Shown piece after piece: positions 34,746 through 47,200 of a stretch of 64,000 nucleotides of DNA (position 1 is the stretch's first letter; each line of letters begins with the position of its first letter). Location of the stretch: NCBI RefSeq assembly GCF_000150275.1, contig NW_002060951.1, positions 2,256,323-2,320,322 on the forward strand. The letters run 5' to 3'. The position numbers and the translations under genes were made by a program. A model generated the notes under the pieces. The model had not been told where the DNA came from. It saw only the letters and a program-made list of their open reading frames with translations, and made no database searches. This stretch comes from Trichoplax adhaerens. Lineage: Eukaryota; Animalia; Placozoa.

Positions 34746-35662
34746 TTGCACCGTGAGTGGCATGGCATAGGCCTAAAGGAAAAAATCATTTGCTTTACCC
34801 CTGCTAAGTCTACAGATCCAACAGGAATAGATGAAATGATGGCTTTCTCTTATGGGTGCAAAGTAGCTGCAAGAAACTGGCCATCTTGCGTCTACTGTAG
34901 TTATCGAAGCCTGACTAATAGCAGCCCTATGCATAGAATTTTTGGTAGGAGTAAAGAAATTGCTACCGAAGAGAATACTGGCTCGCAAAGACATATTGGA
35001 GTCCCTATGCAAGACGCTGTAGACATCAATGATTTTAATAATTCATCATCTCGACAAGATCGTAAAATTAAACCTTTGTTAGTTTTTAATTATAATATAT
35101 AACTAGTTAAAATAGCAATAATATAACTATCTAAAGGTTATGGCATACTTTATTGTGTATTCTTTCATGTCATTAAGCTATCTTATGGTAATAACGGATT
35201 ATGGGAATACGGATGCTTTTTCATTAATAGAGTTCTAAAGGAAGGATATATACCCCCACCGGACGTTGTTGCGCGCTTGAGAAAAATTGTGGAGAATACG
35301 TGTACAGTAGAATCTAGCCAATCTGATAACTGGAAAGAAATTAACTTAGATGATTTAGACATTAAGTTTCAAGTTTGTACTATTTTAATTAATTAATTCA
35401 TCCTAATCTTTCAGTATTATTTTCCACCTTATCGATATAACCTTTACTGCTACACTAACATTCTACTTCGCTCGACTTTTAACAGATTCTAACAAAATGC
35501 CAGGAAGAATTTCAGTTAATTGTACCCAATTTTAAGTTATCATCAATGAAAAGTGTTCGTGACGTATTAAAATTTTATAGAAAGCCTATCAAAGAAAGAA
35601 GAATATTTAACAACATCGACATGGATCGATTGCCTTCAAACTTAATTATTCAGGCTCGTTAA
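34746..35662 (+). CDS. Unassigned coding fragments. These are ORF 34746..35102, an open frame 35133..35372 ending ...GYIPPPDVVARLRKIVENTCTVESSQSDNWKEINLDDLDIKFQ|gtttgt, and a candidate terminal exon 35516..35662 reading LIVPNFKLSSMKSVRDVLKFYRKPIKERRIFNNIDMDRLPSNLIIQAR*
   Basis: All three are open frames on the plus strand, with a plausible donor at 35373 and an acceptor tttcAG at 35514-35515. No orthologue is recognised. A GTAC palindromic array (34462-34730) sits immediately upstream, as it does for other genes in the window. Confidence 0.25.
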
Positions 35663-38434
35663 GAAATTGAACATCCGCTAGTGTATTGTGCTCATGGTAA
35701 TATTGCAAGTAACTGAGCTATGGTGAATTTAAAGCATAGCTATCATGCATGGCATGTCTGTACAAAAAGAATGATTTACAATTTGCTGTAATACAAACCT
35801 GTGTAATCGATTAAACTTTCATTACCTTATGCATGGAGCTAGGTAAAATTGAAGGGAATATATAGTATGTAACGTTAGTTACTATATAAATTAAATTTTA
35901 AGTATTACGACACTGTATTATTTGTCTTTATATTCTTCATAATGATTTGCTAATAAATCAGCCTTTGCTATCTACTTTGAAATATCGATATGTTGGTGGT
36001 TGTTGTTAGTATTTGATCTCTTAGAGAGTGACATTATTTCTTTACTAATAAAGAAAGCAATAGTGATACTAGTGCTGACGTTTCTGAGGATTAATTACTT
36101 AGCTAAGATCCTTATGCAATCAATACCTGAACCTGAAATGTGACGTTATCGCTATACTCTTTTGGAATCTGACTGTGTATTATATCATTTCTAATTAATC
36201 TACATAACAAAATAATAACGTAATTGCTTTATCATTCCACGATAGTGATTATACCGTACTTGCAAAACTAACAATTATACATGTGTGAAACAAATCTTTA
36301 CGAACGATAGCTTGAATACAAAATTGCTACCTTCAAAATTATAGTTGATATTTAACACCCAATTTGATATAAAAGTATTAGTAAGTTGCATATGTTAATA
36401 ATTAGAAAATAAATATCACGAAAGTAAAGTTGACAATTTTCACTTATCTTCCGACTTTAATTTGCATTATACAGAGTATGATTGATATATGTCATCTTTC
36501 CTAATATATCTGTTAACATGAATTCCGTAATGGTTATGATATAATCACTTCAAGCGAAGACATCGCGTACAGTATTATTTACATGGTAATACGATTTAAA
36601 ATTATTGTAAATGCGAAAGAAAACCTATCGTTTAAATTAAATTAATGAAGTTATCATTCCTGCCAACAAAAAAATTAATAACTTTTTTCAGTTATGGAAA
36701 TCTATCAGTGGCCAAACCAGAGGAAAACACCGATCAGTGAATGACAACTTAAATACAGATTGCAAATCAGTAGTACAAGCTTAGAATGTTATTAATTTAT
36801 AACCTGTATATAACGAGTTACCAATGAACGGAAGCGATATTAAATTTTGGTTAGTAAAATTAGTGATTTTACTGATTGTACCAATAACTACTGTATCATA
36901 CACGTTCACAGTGATGTATCATCTTCAAGCAACGAATATCGAAATTTATTATTTCCTAATACTTTTCCTATTAAGAGATGAAGCATCACGTAATTGATCA
37001 TTTTAATAAACACAAAAAATTTGTTCTTAAAAATACGTATCCGTATACAATTGCAAAATAATAGCTATAAAACGTAAATTTGCAATAACAAAACAGTATT
37101 ATGAAAACAAAGTCATAACTCCGTCTCATTTTAACAAGCTATTTCATACATAATTCATGTATGATAACAGAATTCCGCAATTGTACAGTTTGAAAATTTG
37201 TTTTTGTCTTGTTTTCGGTATAGACGTATCTCACTGTCCGCTACTTGCAACTTTATTCGATCTATGACTATAAGTATTATCACCATGTCTTTTAGACAGT
37301 CCCCCTAAACAAGATAAAAGTAAAAACATTGTTGTGCAACTGGAGCTATCCAAGATCGACAATTCGCATCATGTTAGCTATGTAGCTGTTACTAGTTCTG
37401 ACTTCAGAAATAACAATTAGTAAATATACTGAAAAGGTAAATAAAAATACCCGAAAATGATGATCCATATTTACCTCTATGATACTCCTTCCGCCCTTTA
37501 CTTAATTTATTGTCAGCATCTGCAAAAGAAAATTATCATTACAAGAAGTTAAATGTGAGTTCATAACTGTGAGTATGTAACCGCAGTCTACCTCCATTTT
37601 CGGCATTATATTCATGATGATTTTCCTTCAAACTGTTTTTCCATCCTAAATTTAATATCAAATTATAGCAGGATTGTGAAAATACCATATTAATAAATAA
37701 AGGAACGACTAAATTGCTATCGTAAAACTCGTAGGAATATGCATAAATATTGAATATAAGTTAAAATGTCTTTGCTGTAGAAATAGCAAAGATGCACGGA
37801 TGATAATTAAATAACACAACAGAAAGAACAGCTGAGGGAAGTAATATATGAATGTTGAAATTTTATACCTGCGAATAAGCTCTCACAGTACTTTTTATAT
37901 CGAAAGAAATTAGATAATTCGTATTTTAATTTATCATGGATTAAGGTACTAAGGGTTATCAGAATAATGGTACTAATACTAAGTCTCTCTGTAATTATAG
38001 CAGTATCTATAATAGTAAATTATATAATCGTTACGATGTATCATAGCTAGATCTTTTTATTATTTGTTTACCTTGAAATAAATAATCGGCAGCTTCTTTA
38101 TGCATAAATGAATTCGGTATAGATTTATTTTGATACGTTGTTTTTCCTTCACTGGAAAAATGGTTGTTGGAAAGTTGACTTGCTTTATTTTTGGCTAAAA
38201 AAATTTTATACAGCATGAGTTTAAACAAAATTCAAGTCTACGAATTATGCAAGCTTTTTAGGGACGACAAACCCATTCTGCTAGATAAGAAATTGTTAGC
38301 TGCAAGAAAGGTAGTAAAATTTATTTATTGAATTTCAAGACCATCAAAGCCTATGCTTCTACTACATATAAAAAAGCGGTAGCATTGATATACGTATAGC
38401 TGTTTGCGCTATGAGTATAATCTCGATTATAACT

Positions 38435-41430
38435 TTATTTACCGTGAATCATTGCGTTGTCTTTTGCTGTTGTTTTGAGCTGCTTAACAGAATCATGAGT
38501 AGCTTCAAGGTTGCGATCTTCGCCACGGTTTTCGGCGACTTCTACTGATACTTTCGATAGCAGATCGGTACTAGCCTGCAGTAACTGGGATTCTGACGGT
38601 GGAAAGCCAAAGGGCGGTTCGTTGGTAATAGTCTGATGCCCTTCATCAGAACCTCGCGAGGTATTATCATCTAAATTCTTCAATTCCTGATCTGTAATAA
38701 TCTTAGGTGAAGAATCAACATTAGAAGATTTTCGTCCATCAATAATATTGCCTTCAAGGGTCATCTCTGAAGAATTACTAGGTTCGACTTTAGGTAATCG
38801 TGAAGGAGATGGTGATGATGTACGGTGACTACCGTCGATACTGTTTTCTCTATGACCTCGATTTCCTCTTCCACTCTTGCCACGTATCAAGTAATCATTC
38901 TTTCTTGTCTTATTTCTAGATTGTGAACGCTTATCAGGGGAGAATTTATGTTCATTACTCCCGCTACCATATGATCTTCGATGACCTCTTTCGTCACGCT
39001 GTCTATCGCTGCTCTTACCAAATGGCTGACCGCTACTCGTAGTATGTTCAGTTGATCTAAGCCTCCAGTTATTTGGATCGCGCCAATTCTCGTTATTGCT
39101 TCTACTATTTTTACTACCACTGCTATTGACATTACCACTGTTACTGCTACTATTTGGATTAATTCTACTCTTACTAGTAGAAAAACTGTTACCACTATCA
39201 GTACTATGATTATTTTTATTAGGATTACTATTAGAGTTACTACTACGTCGCTGGCTTTGATAGCTTTCTTCATCCATTTCTGACAATATGCGAGCTTGCT
39301 CTTTAATGCGCTCTATCTAGAAAATAACAACAATACGCCACTTTACAAGATTCTCTAGTAGCGTTAACAAGTCACAGGAACGTAAAGCATTCAATATAAA
39401 TAAATGCAAATGCAAACTGCAATATGCACCTCGATTTTAGTGTTTCTACATATAAGGATAACTTCATTTAGCCGCACTAACACATATGCACATTGCTAAC
39501 TACCGCAAAACTATCACCAAATCTAGAAAATCTTTTCTAATGAGAAATATGTTAAGATTGCTCCATGTCACTCCTGTACCACTGTTAGACAAAATGGATA
39601 CTAACGCATATTTTTAAGTAAGGCCAAACACTCACTATTGTTGAAACCTCAAATGATTGATTGACTAAGTTCTAAATACTTTCGCAGTTCATAAGCCCAA
39701 CATTTCATGAGATATTATTTTGTACCCGCGGATTAATTACAATGGGATATAAAAATTAACTTCTGAAATCTCTAACTTAATATTTATCATATCATTTTCA
39801 AATCGTTTTCATGCGTAGAAAGTGGACAAAATTTCGCTATTTTTACTATCAGCTGCTTTCAATAATTACTATTCTTATGATCCCTAAACGCCAGGCGCAA
39901 TACACTTACTCTAACAGTTAGATAATTATAATAGCCGTTAAATTAACTATACAGTCTCGTTTCTTAAATTTCTGTACTAGTTTTCATGATAAGTAGTTGC
40001 TACCATAATAACCAGCTTACCGGTAGCACAGTACATTCATCATAATCTGGTCGTACTATAGTAATCCTGTAACTGTGAACGGTACCTTAGTAATTTTTAA
40101 GTTTAGCTAATCATATTAGCGAATCACTTAAATGTGACAATATCCATAAAATAATCAGATAAAATTAAAAATCGTATTTTCTTAAAAACGTTAATTTATA
40201 CATCGTATAAACACTGGACTAATCTAATTTTAATGAAACTATACTTACATATACGCTGGTTAAGACTAATTATAATTATTAGTATCTTATTCTATTAGCA
40301 AGATAGAGCCCGTGAGATGTTGAAAGTATGAAAGCTGTACACTGTGAAAGTATTCTAAACAGACCTAATGTAGTAAGATTGTACAGAATTTGGAAGCAAT
40401 TCAAATACATATACTGCAATAGGATATAGTTTCTACCAAACTGCAATACAAGTTGAAAAATAATAAATTACGTATATCCTTGAGTACTGTACTACTTAGT
40501 CAGTACTTACTTTCCTTAAGGTTCAGTATACGAATCCTACTATAAATTTTATTCTACGTTGACTGTATTTTATAGCATTTACGCTATATAACATACTTCA
40601 GCTCGTTAGTCTACTGTAAATTTATATAGTGCAGCACACACAAAAATCGAGTAAGTATTTACAGAAACGAAAACTGTATAGTATATATCTACATGACTTC
40701 CTAAATAGTTTGGTAGAAGTGTGACGAAAAAGATAGGCGTAGCTAAGACAATCCAACTTTAGTTAATTAGAATATACAGTAGGTGCTACTTGACGCTATT
40801 GCAATATAATTATGAAGATCAATCCCCCCAAATTTTCATCGTACCAGTTATCTAGATATTATATGTGCAATTTAAACACAAGGTGAAAGTAACTTAAGAA
40901 CTATATTTGTTTCTTCTTTTAGTTTTTAACTCTTCATCATAACTTGCTTATCGGTGCAGCAAACTCTAATATAACAATAGCTAAAATCACATAAGCAGCG
41001 TGTTATGCAAGCTTTAGAGAGTCAAGTGTAAAATAATTATAGCTAAGATTTGCTCTAAAACTCTAAATATATTAAAGTCGAATCTCTGTTCTGTACAATA
41101 TGGTGTTGATCAGAGACATTGAAGAAAATCTCTCACGCTAATTTCGTGCTTGCATACAGTACTGTACAATATCAGCGGTGCAAGTTACTGTGCGACAGGA
41201 AAGTTAGCAATATTTGGGTGCCGTACAGTATTATATGTTTCATAGAAAAAAATGACAAATTAGTCAGATATCAATTTATATTAACTCACCTGTTTAAAAT
41301 CAGTTTCTTTTGGTAATAAATCGTCGTAAATTTTCAAGAATTGGTCCACGTTATCGCCTCTTAATGCGTCTGCTAATGAGAATGATATGCCAATCCAATT
41401 CTGATTTTTGCTATGGTAATCATCCGCCAT
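38435..41430 (-). CDS. Two-exon gene encoding a 340-aa protein. It has a short conserved-looking N-terminus and a long Ser/Asn/Arg-rich tail that resembles an SR-related protein. Exons 41290..41430 and 38435..39316. Identity unknown
   Basis: Exon 1 reads MADDYHSKNQNWIGISFSLADALRGDNVDQFLKIYDDLLPKETDFKQ and ends at the donor CAG|gtgagt at 41289. Exon 2 begins at the acceptor ttattttctAG|ATAGAG at 39317-39318. It reads IERIKEQARILSEMDEESYQSQRRSSNSNSNPNK...RDERGHRRSYGSGSNEHKFSPDKRSQSRNKTRKNDYLIRGKSGRGNRGHRENS...AMIHGK*, an 882-nt uninterrupted ORF. Both exons are phase 0. A GTAC palindromic array lies immediately upstream of the ATG (41509-42035). Confidence 0.5.
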
Positions 41431-41508
41431 TGACTAAATGACGAACTACGCAAGCGCAAAGGGTTGAAGCGGTAATGTATCAGGTCTGTTATGGCCTGTA
41501 ATGACTCT

Positions 41509-42035
41509 ACTGTACTGTACACTGTACACTGTACTGTAGTGTACTGTACAGTACAATCTGATTATTTTCGATGTTTCCCCTCCGTTAAAAAATCAAAGTT
41601 GTACAGTACTGTATTCCGTTGAAATTCCTGTATAGTATTTATATAGACCTGTAGAATATAGAACTTATCTAGTTTGGGCCTGATTTAGCTTATACAATTA
41701 TGTGTTTTCAGGGTGCCATCGAAAATAATCACACTCAGTACTGTACTGTACGTTGGGAGAAGAAACCTCTCTTTCCATACTGTATTCCATACCCTACCAC
41801 TGATAGTACTGTATTGTACTGTACTGGATGTTCTATACGGTACTGTATTATTCTCTTTTTCTTCATGTAAGGATCATAATGACTCTAAAAAAATTAGAAT
41901 TACAGTACATTAGACTCTAATCGAAAACGACTGATACTGTACTGTACAGTACTGTACTGTACGGTACAAAACCGTACAGTATATTTGTACAGTACATCGT
42001 ACTGTACAATATGACTGTACAGTATTGTCCAGTCA
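41509..42035. repeat. Extended GTACT/GTACA palindromic array cluster immediately upstream (about 80 bp) of the minus-strand ATG at 41430
   Basis: Runs include ctactgtactgtacactgtacactgtactgtagtgtactgtacagtacaatctg, gtacagtactgtattcc, cagtactgtactgtacgttggg, agtactgtattgtactgtactgg, tgatactgtactgtacagtactgtactgtacggtac...ccgtacagtatatttgtacagtacatcgtactgtacaatatgactgtacagtattg. Confidence 0.8.
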
Positions 42036-44261
42036 GTTGCACGTAAATTTGGTCAAACACAAGTCAAATCATGGTTCAAATACGGTTTTCGTAGATCAAC
42101 TCCCAACCGTGTGGTATACTGAATAGATGGGGAACTGCGTAAAGTGGTTAATCAAACTATTAATTAATTAAATACTGTACTAATGATTGCCTGCTGTGTT
42201 AATAAATATGCGTATATAGTAGACGGAGATACTACCCCTTCGTTGGTTTTCTTATCCGTATTACGAAGCTGGTGCATTAAGTAAATTGATAAGTCCATCT
42301 AGGGAACACTAAAATATGACAAAAGCTGAGATACTTGCAGTATTACAGTGACGCAGGTCCATAAACTATAACCGATACTTATCTGGACATTGATAAAGTA
42401 CCTTTCAAAATCCTAATTACTCTTTAACCGTACTATAAAAAATAAAATTAAATTAGGAATCAATATTTTTACGCATGAAATAGAGTGCTATAGTACCGGA
42501 AGTACGGTACGGAAGTACATGACGTAGTCAGTAAACAGTACTGTACCTGGTAAACCAAGATACAGTTTGGGTACCTGTCTCAGACACTGTAATCCATAAT
42601 GCCAACTACAAATGACAAGTTCTCAGTATAGGGTAATAAGTTAACAAACAGGCTTGGCAAGTCAGCCTAGTCTAATCATGGACTAGCTCAGTACAGTACA
42701 GTACAGTACTGCGCCATGATCACATTTGCAGCATGTCAGTATGACTGACAAGAAATATTGTTCGAGCACAAAAATTTTTCGGCATGGCATGGGGCAATTC
42801 ATGAATTTGATTCATTTTTTAATGACTAAAAATCGAAATTTTACAGTTAATAATCGTAATATTGATCTTGGAGATGAAAGTTACCTCATTCAATGCACTA
42901 TTTTTCACTGCCTTATACACAACATGTACATTGTACAGTGTCTGCGCGAATAAGTAGAGAACTGTACATAAGAAATCTCGCTTTACAACCGCAAGTGCTC
43001 AATGATATTACAGTAATGAATCAATTAATAATGCAATTAATGAGAGTAATAGGAGTGGTATTCCGCAACTAAATTTTAATAAATTGGTTATTGGTATTTT
43101 TATTAATTTTTACCGCAGTATTGAGCTATTTTATTTCTTTCAAATTTCTAATACAAACCAACAGTCACTAGTGCATATACGGTCGGTTCAACCAGTATAC
43201 ATAGCTCACGCAGTAATCGTGGTCATAACTACAAAGTTACTATTTTTTTATTCTTGAGGCCTACAGTTGTTTAATTACTGTACCCCACCTCAATGTTAAT
43301 TATACTGTATGTTATTTATTATCATGATAACTTTTGTCACATAAACTGTAAATTAAAAATGAATTTGCATAAGCATTTATGAACAGACGTTCATGGGAAA
43401 TCACAGCGATTGTTTCTGTTAGCATTTTTTGGATGTAAGAATTTGTTGGTGTACTTCTACCAACGGCTATACGAAGTATAATATAGTGAATTGATTATTG
43501 CTGTCGAGCACTATTAAAAGCATTATTAAATGAAGGGTTAACGTTTACGTAAGGCAATAAGCACGCAGTTTAATGCAATGCTTAAGATCACGTACTGCAA
43601 TAAAGGCGTTTTGCGATATTTTGCAACGCTGCTAGTTGATAGCAAGACATACAATACAGTGTTACGCGTAAACTTCCACTGAAGAGCTTTGCCTAGTTGT
43701 TCAAGCTATTGCTAAATTACGTATTTAATTTATTCTTGTATGTGGCAATCTTATCCGCCGTCTATGTTCGTCTTATCTAACTCAAGAAGGTACAGTAGAC
43801 TCATTTAAACCTTGCTCTCTACTCAATAATTTTGGCAATAAATAGAATACATACGAGGCTGCAAAATTGAATAAAGGCACAATATTGCACTCAAAGAACA
43901 AACCCTCTTATACTGGTCCTGCATTACTGCCAAGATCAATAGATGATTATTCTACTTTTATTGTTTATTGTTCTTTCATTTACCAATAACGTCTACCCGC
44001 ATTGACACCTTGCCTGTTATGTAATACACTATAAATAATGCATTAACTATACTACCCTTGGTGCTTATTTGTTATCTTTTCTTCCTAAATTATAATACAC
44101 ATTAATACAAGTTCTACTTTTATCTTAAAACGCCTGTTCTAGCATAATTGTTCATAAATAATTTAGCAGCCATTGATTAAAATCCATCCAATTACAGTTG
44201 ATCAACAACTCAACCCCTACGGTACAGTGCATTAGACCGTGCCATCCAGGCAAACAACAAG

Positions 44262-47200
44262 ATGGCGGAAGGGGTAAGATTCGATTCTATTTCATCGCTT
44301 ATTCAGCATTATTACCTTGATATATTGATCATTCATCGTTCATCAAGTGATTTTTGATATCGATTTAGAACATGTTCGTGTGGATAAGTAACACTTTGTA
44401 ATTCTTAGAAAGATAATTCCATCTCAAAAGATAGATTAAAATTGCTTGTGAAAATTTGATAACTTACTGTACTGTATACTGTGTAACACATACTGTACAG
44501 TACAGTACTGTATTATTACATTACACAGTACTGTACAGTATCACAAGACGGCGTTGATAGTTTACATAGTCCTTGTGAGTACTTTTTACCTGTTGAAGAT
44601 TTTAACATTGTGTTCTTTCCTTTCCCTACGTATTCAAATGTTCACTCAAGGTATTAAAAAAATATCAATATTAAAATATCAGTGTAAGAAATTAGTCTCA
44701 TTAGTTGTCGTAAATCGTACGTATAAGATTAAATCCTTTCATGTTTTAAGTCCTGTCGACAGAAGATTGGAAATCTTTATCGTATCGAAACCATATTTCA
44801 AGATGTATTGATTGCATACCGTGTACTGTATAATAAGCATGAAAATAATCGTAAGGCCAATGTGTACAAATTCGTCTACACCTGATGTTTCTTAGCTTGG
44901 CTTTATTATAAACGCTAATGCTAAGTTTAGAAGGTATTTTTTCAACTTGCGTTCTTCTGCAGCAGACAAAACCATATTACATTATACAGTACAAATATAG
45001 AAACGAATACCAGCTTTATCCATTCACCATTAAATGCAATATCGTAAATAGCCTTAATATTGTTTCGATAGTGTCCTCATATCTCTTTCTTCGTTCTTTT
45101 AAGAAATTATTAAATAATTGGGCGTACTTAATGTTTATAAATAAATTTACTTTACTAGGCTATTGACGATTTTGTAGCAAAGAACTTTAAGCTCTATCAG
45201 AAACCTCCGTCTAAAGAAAATAAGTAAGTTATTTACGGGAATAACTAGTTATCCACTTCGATACTCGTACTCGAAAATGATAACAATCCATTAAGATTTT
45301 TTCTTCTTGATTTTCTTCTAAAATCTAGTAAAAACTAGTACAACGTTTTTAAATCTAATCTATTAATTATGAATAATCATATGTTATGTTTAATTAAACT
45401 TAAGATAATCAATCTTGTATAGATATATCTCACTTTTATCTATTACTATAGTATTACAGATGCTTACGGAGAAATTGAATTCAATTACGCCGGATATGAA
45501 GCATCAAAGGCGAAGGTTTGTCAGTATTTACTATTTATTAACAATTAATATGTTAAGGTCGTTTTGCGAGTTTATTTTTACTTTGCACTCTCATCTGCTT
45601 TATTAGTTTAGTACTTTCGTAACTACAGAGATATACCCTGATTAATCTTTTGTAGTATTTGTAGTTGTAATCTAACTTATATAGCGCTTAAAAATAAAAT
45701 AGTTTAAGATGATGCTCACTCCTATGTTGAACTAAGAATGGTAAAATAAATCAACGTACTGTTCTAATTATTTAATTCTATGCTTGCTTAAATCCATCTT
45801 CAATAGAGCGCACAGTGTTTATTGTTTGTTTCTAAAGGTGTCGTTCTTGATAATGTATTATGTATCAAATTTGAGATTTTAAGATTAGCTTCGAATTTCC
45901 TTGCTTGAACAGTAACAGTTATTACCTGTTGAATATTTTCTGTATAACGCAATGACCTGCCTATGGAAGAAATAATTTTGTAGACCTACGCGGTGCTAAT
46001 GTACAGTATGCCTTGCAATGGGAATCAAAACATCCCATTATCCCATGTGTATTTTCTTTATAAATACTAGTAACATCCAATGCGTTGTATAATCAGAATA
46101 GATATAAGTTCCATTAAGAATTAATCAAACATAAACGGCCTTAAGCATGTAGTGATGGTATACGAGCCTTACCTCACATCAGTTAATATCCATGATTCAT
46201 AGCAATGCTTATTATTTTCTTTCTACAACCGTGAAAGAGATTCTTGTTTATTTCGAAGTGAAGTAATTATGCAATAATTTACTAAATAGTATCTTAAGAC
46301 CTCCATTAACGCTGAAATAGCTAAAATTGGTGAGCTATTTCTTAATTACTGGAACATCCGTGAACCAGATTTGGTCATGTCGATGGTTGGTGGTTTCGAA
46401 AATTTACCAAGGAAACCTTCAATACTTCGATTAAATCAAAATCTTGCTGCAATAATGAAAAGAATATGCAGTTATCATTCAACAGCTATCATAACAAGTG
46501 GATACTGTGAAGGTTTCATTCGCAGTACTGCCAAAGCAGTAAATAAACAAGGTACTATCATTGGTATACCTTCCTGGAATTCCGTTTTTAAGAAGGAGTT
46601 ACTCACGAGTAAAAAGGTAACTTGTCAATATTAGAAGTAGCGATTTAAATTTCTATATTATTATGATTAGCGTATGCCCACAAACAATGTTTGTGCGTTG
46701 AGGTTCGTCAAGCAATACTGTGCTGTATCGCTAGCTTAATACATTATAACCGTTCACACTGCATCTAGCAAATCAGAATCAGACAGCACGCACACGCACT
46801 GAATAAATCCAAAGCGGACACTGTTTTTTTTGTTATAGTATTCAAATAGATATAGATATTGGGCTGCATAGTCAATGCATACAATATATCAAGAACGTTA
46901 GTAATTTATGCAGGTTGGTTAATCGTAAAAATATTGACAATATAAATTTATTGATAGTAAATATTTACGTCGTTAATGCGTATCTAAGTAATAAGTAAGT
47001 GCCGTCTGTGCCGATGAAACCATACAGCACAAAATGAACTAAGCTGCATGTTAGCAGCTAATTTGGATGTCCATCGTGAACAGTATGGTATACAGCTGTA
47101 GACATGCGATACAGTTGAAATGGCTGGTAAAATACAGTAATTATTAAATTTGTGACAACCGCCTCCTGTCCCTGTCTTTTCCTTTTAGTAGTCTCTGGTG

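Noticed and set aside
38887-39273. 128-aa I/V-rich minus-strand ORF
   Set aside because: It is an alternate frame of the same strand as the long Ser/Asn-rich exon. Its composition is a by-product of the AGT/AAT-rich codons, and it has no start context.
44262-44273. MAEG micro-exon as the TRPM start
   Set aside because: I did not fully reject it, but confidence is low. It is only 12 nt, and the real first exon could lie elsewhere between 42100 and 45150. The next exon (45159) is in phase with it, which is why I kept it as tentative.
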